64,000 nucleotides of DNA, from contig JBHGNT010000021.1 of the NCBI GenBank assembly GCA_043228905.1, positions 9,982,001-10,046,000 on the forward strand, read 5' to 3'. The DNA is from Azolla caroliniana. Taxonomy: Eukaryota > Plantae > Polypodiophyta. Below are positions 57,283 to 64,000 of this stretch, piece after piece. How positions within the stretch are numbered: position 1 is the stretch's first letter; each line of letters begins with the position of its first letter. The translations under genes were made by a program, and so were the position numbers. The notes beneath the pieces were generated by a model, which ran no database searches, had not been told where the DNA came from, and was given only the letters and a program-made list of their open reading frames with translations.

Positions 57283-60235
57283 ACGATGCCAAGTCCATTA
57301 AGGGCCTCTTCATGGGATATGGTGAAGAAGGCGAAATGGGTTATAGGATTTGGATACCCCAGCTCAAGAAGGTTATACGCAGCCGAGATGTTGTTTTCAA
57401 TGAGTTAAGGCTGCTTCAAAACAATTGTGCCTCAAAAGATAACCATAAAAGGTTTAGATTTCAGCATGACCAGCCACCTATTAGACCCATTTTTGGCCAT
57501 AAGGATCCACCACAAAGGACTGAAAATATTGATCGTCTAGTGGTTTTGGAGTCAGAAGATGTTGGACAGCAAGATGGGGATCCTGAGAGGAATATGCAAC
57601 CAAATAATAATGCTGAAAATGGCACTGAAATAATGGATAGCAACCTAACAATCATGATTTAGACATGTTGCCTGATGTTGATCCATTGTAACCTGAAAAT
57701 AAGGATAATTGGGTGAGACGTTCTACTCGTATAAAACAAAATGTGAGTAGATTTGACTCTTTGTTGCACTACATAATGTTGACCAATGAGGGAGAACCTC
57801 TTACATATAAAGAGGCAAAGGCATGTGAGCACAACAATAAGTGGGAGCTTGCTATGCAGGAAGAGATTAAGGCTTTGCATTCAAATAATACTTGGGACTT
57901 GGTTAAATTGCCCAAAGGAAGGAAAGCTATTCCTAACAAATGGGTATATAAAATCAAGACCGTTGTTGACAAATCCAAGTATAACACAAGGTTGGTTGCA
58001 AAAGGATATGCTCAAACTAAGGGCATAGATTTTCAGGAAGTGTTTTCTCATGTGGTAAAAATGACCACTTTGCAAGTGTTATTTGCTATAGTGGTTACAC
58101 TTGATTTGGAATTAGACCAAATGGATGTACATACAACTTTTTTGCATGGTGACATTGACGAAGAGCTTTACATGAAACAGCCCGAGGGCTTCGTTATTCT
58201 TGGAGAGGAACATTTGGTATGTAAGCTCAATAGAAGCTTGTATGTGCTAAAACAAGCTTCTAGACAATGGTACAAAAAGTTTGACGCTTTTATGCTCAAA
58301 CGTGGGTACAAAAGAAGCCATGTTGATCACTATTTGTATACTAAAAGAGATGAAAGTGGCATAGCATGTGCCAGCATGCTCCGGACTCTCTCCGTTACGG
58401 TCTGGTTCATCCTTTCGGCCAATCCGTTTAGCTCTGGTGTCTTCGGCACGATGAATTCGAACCGGATTCCTTTCAACCGGCAGTACTCCTCGAACTGCCC
58501 CTGGTATTCTCCTCCGTTGACCGCTCAAACTGCCTTCAACTTCCAACCAGTTTCCCTTTCCACTCTCACATGGAAGTCCTTGAAGACGGACAATACCTGA
58601 TCCTTCGTCTTCAGCGGTGAGACCCATAGCTTCTGGTTGTGGTCGTCTATGAACAGCACGAAGTACTGCGATCTGGCATGTGACTTCGTGTCCACTTGGC
58701 AAACGTCGGTATGCACAAGTTCCAGCAGTTTGCACTCGGTTGACGTAATCAACCACACATCTCCTATGTCGAGAATTCGGCATGCACCTTCATTTTCCAT
58801 CCGAACAGAATTGTGATCTCCAGCTCTATACGATGAGAAGCACTTCCGATCAAGAGTCAGATGGAACGACACGCCGGAGTCGACCAACCATGTCGTTTCG
58901 CCACTAACAAGATGCAGCTCACTCTCCTCGGTGATGCCAAGAAAAGGAGCATTGTTGATGTCTGTAAAAAGCATTTGAAATCTGCATTTTCAATGAAAGA
59001 CCTTTGGGGAGTTGAACATGTACTTGGAGTAAGAATTAGAAGACAAAGGGAGCAGCACACATCGTAGTATTTATCTCAAGAAAAATACATTAACAAGGTG
59101 TTGGATAGATTTTGTATGGCGGACGCAAAGCCTCTTGGAGTGCCATTACAACCATAAGATAAAGACTCTAAGGAAGATTGTCCTAAGACACAAGAAGCAA
59201 TCAATGACATGCAAGGTGTACCTTATGCTTCAACTTGTGGTTCACTTATGTATGCTATGGTTGCTACTAGACCTGATATTGCCTATGCAATGGGAGTTGT
59301 AAGCCGATTCATGGCTAATCCAAGCAAGGCACATTGGAATGCAGTAAAGTCCATTATGAGGTACTTAAAAGGGACTAAAAATAAATGCCTCTGTTATGGA
59401 AAAGACCCATTAGAGCTTAAGGGTTTTTGTGATTCTCACATGGCAGGTGATGTGGATACACGGAAATCCACAAGTGGCTATGTACATATTCACACTTGCA
59501 AGTGGTGTTGTGTCATGGTGTACTAGGTTGCAAAAGGTTGTTGGTTTGTCCACTACCAGGGCAAAATATAGCTCAACCACTTAGGCTTCCAAGGAAGCAA
59601 AATGGTTAGCATATGTATGCAATGAGTTTAGTTTGCCTGAAAAGGCACCCATTCTTGGTTGTGATAGCCAAAGTGGCATTTGTTTGGAAAAGAATGTTAT
59701 GGTTCATGCACACACAAAACATATTGATGTGCAATATCACTTCATTCGAGAAGTGCTTGAGGATGGCCTTATCACATTGATAAAGGTCCACACATCACAG
59801 AACCTTGCGGATGTACTAATCAAGTGCTTACCTAAAGCACAACATCAAATATGTAAACAAATGGTGGGAGTCACGTACCTTAAAGGCATCATTTATGCCT
59901 TTAAGTGGGAGGTTGTTGGGGTAAAGGCCCTAAATGACCCCCTTATAGTGTGTACATGTGTATAGGCCTATTTATAAAGGCCAAAAGTCACTCATCACAT
60001 TTTCATTATTTTTGGGCCAAGTTCATTGTGAACTTGGTCAACCCTAAATGGGTCTTATAAAAGATAAGTTAACAACGTTTGGATCTTACTTCAAAGGTGA
60101 GCTCCTCCAACTACTCCAACTATTGCTCTCTCTCTACCTTTTCTACCATAGCTCCATTGTTCCATCTAAAGAGCTTGTGCTAGGGTGAATTCTGAGTATT
60201 CCTCGGCCCAATTGACATCATTCCTAGCCCTTACA
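57283..60235 (+). mobile_element. Copia element D, 5'-truncated (INT C-terminus, RT, RH, 3' LTR)
   Basis: DAKSIKGLFMGYG...SRDVVFNE, second RT start 57713-58360, YASTCGSLMY, RNase H to about 59880, PPT AAGTGGGAGG, putative LTR 59914-60235. Confidence 0.85.
58364..58936 (-). mobile_element. Inverted fragment of a Copia B-family element inside Copia D RT
   Basis: Aligns to 40105-40460 and 40855-41070 (INT and PR) in the opposite orientation to its host. Confidence 0.85.
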
Positions 60236-60952
60236 CAAGATGTTGGTGATAATTGGCGACAACGAGATGGTTGATGTGGACTAAATGAAGCTAATTTTCT
60301 GTTTTTTATCAGGATGAGTGATGATGGTGTGGGGGGCGAAGCATATCATGAGGAGATGAGGAAACATTCTAGACTCATGTTGTTGTTGTATGTACAGTAC
60401 AAGGCCTTGGTTACAATCGGTGAGGTGGTTGATGCGGACAGAATGAAGCACATTTTTGTTTTGTGATAAGGATGAGTGAAGATGGTGTGGGGGTGGAAGC
60501 ATATTTTCTTGAGGGGATGAGGACACTATATACTTTTGTTGTTATAGGTACATGATTTTGGTGGTAACCGTCGACATGGCTGATGTGAGAACATGAAGGT
60601 TGTGCTAAAACGGAGTGTTGATGGTATGGAGGTTTCATAGAAGTATATTCTCAAGGACATGGTCTACACCTTCCACAATGTAGAGAATTTTTCAGCTAAT
60701 TCGAAGGCACTAGTAGGCGTTGATCATTTAAAGGAAGAATGCCAAGATGAATCATCCTCAAAAAGGGCTTTGCTAGAGGCTCATTACATATATGATGTCC
60801 AATGTCATTCTTTGTAATCTTTCACCTTGCTTCTTTGTGCTTTGTTATAGGTCATCATGGCTAGAGCCATTGTAATGCTTTCAGCCTAATCATTTCATCA
60901 TGTATGCAGAAGTTCTACTAATGAAGAATAATTTTTTTGGAAAAAATAAAAA
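60236..60952 (+). mobile_element. LINE 3'-UTR remnant related to 3675-5138
   Basis: Reverse-complement copies of the ~150-bp repeat at 60240-60640; tail TTCTACTAATGAAGAA...TTTTTTGGAAAAAATAAAAA matches the reverse complement of 3673-3720. Confidence 0.7.
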
Positions 60953-62247
60953 CAAGATCTCATCTTCTTTTTCTTCTCCTCGTGTCTCTCTCTCCCTCTC
61001 TTAAGTGGCATGCATACTTAAGATACCACCTAGAAGGTTGAGCTCATATGTGTATTCTTTATTCACAAATAGAGGCTTTGTGCTTCAATTTATGAATATC
61101 CCTTCTTAGTAAGGAGACACATATCAAGAACACATGTATACTTTGGTCCCATAGGTCAAAACTAGCCTCTTTATGGACAATAAAAATTCTAATTCTCTCT
61201 CTTTCATAAATAATGGCTTTCATTAAGAACAAAAAAACACCATGACTAGTAACTTACAGCTAAGTATAGAACCTTTCTAGGGACCAAATCATATGTTAAT
61301 AAGATATGTTTTGAACATTGAAAGTCACAACTCACTTTCACATGTATTTGGTGAAATTTAATATTTTTGGTCTAATAGGTTATATTTGACCTCCAACAAA
61401 TGATAATAGAATCCTTTTATCTATCTATCTCACTGAACAAGTGATCAAGAAAATAAGTTCTTCATGTTGTAATTGGTGGTCATCGAACAATTCATCCTCT
61501 TACTCTTACAATATGGAATCTTTAGAGTGTGAGATACTTAAAAACCTATTCTATACGTAGACACTTAATACAAATATCTTTAATACAAATATCTTCGACA
61601 TGCAAGAAGTTGGTCTCACATTTGAGGACAATTAGACGTTTGGAACATATTAAAAGTCTGTAAGCTCATTTTGTTCACGCACACTTCTTACATTTTCATG
61701 TCAAACTCATTCTAGTGCAAGCACAATGAATATGCAGCTTCCAATCAATTAAGCTTAATTAATTATCCATTAATTGATACTTGGGTTAATGTTCACTCGA
61801 TGTGATTTGGCAAACAAAAATTGCTGCAACACATCGGTTGAGTCCACTTTGCTCAAATCACCAAACATCTTTTCATCAACTTTAATCATAAAGTGGTATC
61901 TCAAGCACCCTTGAAAAAAAATTCATGAATATATACAAACAGCTGCCACAAGCAACAGAGATGTCTCCTTGACTTTCTAATCCACTACTGCGGTCAAACA
62001 CATAACCTTCCAACTAACAAAACTAGAAGCAGGGGAACTCTGTTTCTTCATGTTAACTATTGGTGTGTCAACAAGACATTAGAACAAAAGAGACTTTAGC
62101 AATTTGAAGGAGATAAGCTGACAGGATATTCAGATATTGCACAACAGTAAAAGAATGGCCATCACCTATCCATTGAATTGGGAAAAAAAATCTTTTCTAT
62201 ATCCTATAGGGCATGATTCCACAGTTTATTCTATAGATGACCACTCA

Positions 62248-62310
62248 TCAAAATATTTGCCTGTGGCCTTCATCTGGAATCGCGAGTTCATCAAAATCAC
62301 CAACAATTAC
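62248..62310 (-). CDS. DNAJC11: DnaJ subfamily C member 11 / AtJ13-like, last exon
   Basis: CAG acceptor; VIVGDFDELAIPDEGHRQIF*; matches the end of the DUF3395 domain. Confidence 0.88.
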   Translation of the reverse strand, partial: VIVGDFDELAIPDEGHRQIF

Positions 62311-62445
62311 CTGCATACATGTAAACTTACATGGTTGAGACGTGGAAATAAACGCCTACATTTGCTAAAAAACTGTTGTATGCCTTATTATGACTTTGGA
62401 TACAGAAGTTTTTGTAATGAAAACGAGCTTGGCAATCAAGATTAC

Positions 62446-62553
62446 CTCAAATTTTTTATTTCTAAATGTGTATATAACTTTCAATTGCTTTGCTTCACCA
62501 GGGCATGGATCACAAAACCCAATCAGACCCGATTTCTTTACACCTCCATGTAG
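62446..62553 (-). CDS. DNAJC11: DNAJC11/AtJ13-like exon
   Basis: AG/GT bounded, 108 nt, [36 protein letters not shown] (GFxDPCPGE signature). Confidence 0.93.
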
Positions 62554-62649
62554 CTGAAAAACAGTTGCAGAAAATGAGGAAAAGCCAGTAAACTAAGAGC
62601 AATTTATAAACATATGTATCAGGGATTTCGAGGGTGCTGTCTAGCCAAC

Positions 62650-62913
62650 CTGGAGTTGACCATTATCACTGACTAGAAAATTGAGCGTTGTTGTGACATC
62701 AACAACTGGAGGTGGTATATCATCTTCATTCTCCGAATTTCTATCATCAGAGAACTCATGGATGAGCCTTCTTGATTCAAAATCAAGGATATTTCCATAC
62801 ATTCCCTCCAAGACAACCAATCCTCCAAATTTCAATTGTTTATCCCGCTTTCTATCTGATACAACTTTTACTAGTGATTGTGCCTTCTCAGCTTTGGCTC
62901 TTGCTTCTTGAAC
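62650..62913 (-). CDS. DNAJC11: DNAJC11/AtJ13-like exon
   Basis: AG/GT bounded, 264 nt, VQEARAKAEKAQ...GGLVVLEGMYG...VVDVTTTLNFLVSDNGQLQ. Confidence 0.92.
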
Positions 62914-63422
62914 CTGAAATTTTCTACATGTCAGCAAAAAAAGGAAAGAAAATATATTTAGATCTGAAACCCAGATTATCCTATGAGAAGATTCCAATGA
63001 CAAGATACATTCCCCATGGTCACATGGGAAGGACAAGGGGAATGTGGAATCCAAAATGGGGAGAATGCCTAGGTTAGGCTGAAGGAACAGTTCAGAACAG
63101 CATTAACATTTGGGAAAAAATCTGAAATACCCCAGTGATCTTCTTTATTTCCCCAAATGCCCTTTGTTAGTCCTGAAATGCAATTATATGATCAATTTAT
63201 CCCTGTTTAATACTCTACACATAAACAAATGGTTAATTTATCCCCATTTTCTCTCTCAGGAGTTGACCAAAGGCACTTGGAAAATAAAGAATAGCTCGTG
63301 GATATTTCAAAGTTCTTCATTTAAAAAGAATAATGATTCTCACAGGGATGCAAACATAGATAATACACTCACGAGGATGCATAGCCTGATTTTTTACAAG
63401 GTTTTTTTACGATACTACATGC

Positions 63423-63500
63423 CTGAACAGCTGTAGCGCGTCTTTGTTCCTTTCTCCTCTGTTGGTTTCTTCGTAAATAAAATGGCTTGAAGACATAAAC
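63423..63500 (-). CDS. DNAJC11: DNAJC11/AtJ13-like exon with GC donor
   Basis: 78 nt, VYVFKPFYLRRNQQRRKEQRRATAVQ; TAG acceptor, CAG|GCATGT donor. Confidence 0.85.
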
Positions 63501-63596
63501 CTACATGCATCACCATCAGCTACTATACGCCATCACCATCACCATCACCATCACCACTGAAATGCTTCACATGCTCATTAGATGGCATCTACTGAC

Positions 63597-63677
63597 CTTA
63601 AGCAAAGCATAAAGAGATGAAGGTATTAGAAAGGCTCCAGTCGCTATCCAAGGGTTGAGAGAGGGTGTTAGCAGAAC
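63597..63677 (-). CDS. DNAJC11: DNAJC11/AtJ13-like exon (hydrophobic segment); upstream exons not found in the window
   Basis: 81 nt, AG/GT bounded, VLLTPSLNPWIATGAFLIPSSLYALLK. Confidence 0.88.
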
Positions 63678-64000
63678 CTGTTGAGAAATACAACACCTTA
63701 CTCAGAATTGAACTTACCATAGAAGATCATAAAATGCATCAAGTAAAGAAGAAACAGAACTTCATGGAAAAGGATGAGAGCTGCAATATGGAACATAATC
63801 TTGACATCGACTCGGCATACAAATCCTCGATGTACAATTTTCATAACCTCTAGCCTCAGATGGTTAAGTGAAACTCATTTAATGACCACACAACCACCTT
63901 GATGAGCCCTACACTAGTTCCAAAGTACAGTGTATACACTGAAAATCATATAGACACATGGGTAGCTGAAAAATCCATTCAGTCAAAAAAGCATGGATTA

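Noticed and set aside
60235-60958. ACAAGAT as a TSD around the LINE tail
   Set aside because: The left copy overlaps the Copia D LTR end and aligns with the LINE repeat itself.
63529-63557. Poly-His coding tract (CATCAC)n
   Set aside because: Lies in an intron of the minus-strand gene with no plus-strand ORF support.

Overview
Eukaryotic (land-plant) genomic DNA, most consistent with a non-seed plant such as a fern or lycophyte. About 85% of the window is nested retrotransposons that can be reconstructed from target-site duplications (TSDs). Nest 1 (2933-42755) is a Copia element that contains a 5'-truncated LINE tail and a full-length LINE. The LINE contains a non-chromovirus Gypsy with an extra ORF, which contains an intact chromovirus Gypsy. 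The 3' LTR of the outer Copia holds a second Copia, which holds a second intact chromovirus. Nest 2 (45603-60952) is a chimeric Copia/Copia remnant carrying an intact fungal-type (Ylt1-like) Gypsy with a 4-bp TSD, and an inverted filler fragment. The only clear host gene is the 3' five exons of a DNAJC11/AtJ13-like chaperone (minus strand, 62248-63677, one GC-AG intron); there is also a zinc-knuckle pseudogene fragment. Most interesting signals: (1) tRNA-like Pol III A/B-box modules in antisense orientation in the U3 of all three young Gypsy elements, from two unrelated lineages; (2) Tf1-style self-priming with a compensatory base change; (3) -1 frameshift sites with predicted pseudoknots in both lineages; (4) a strongly enriched TAGTACTA palindrome in both chromoviruses; (5) an in-frame 321-bp duplication of the integrase C-terminus. 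All alignments and folds were done by eye; lineage names are from motif recognition, not database searches.
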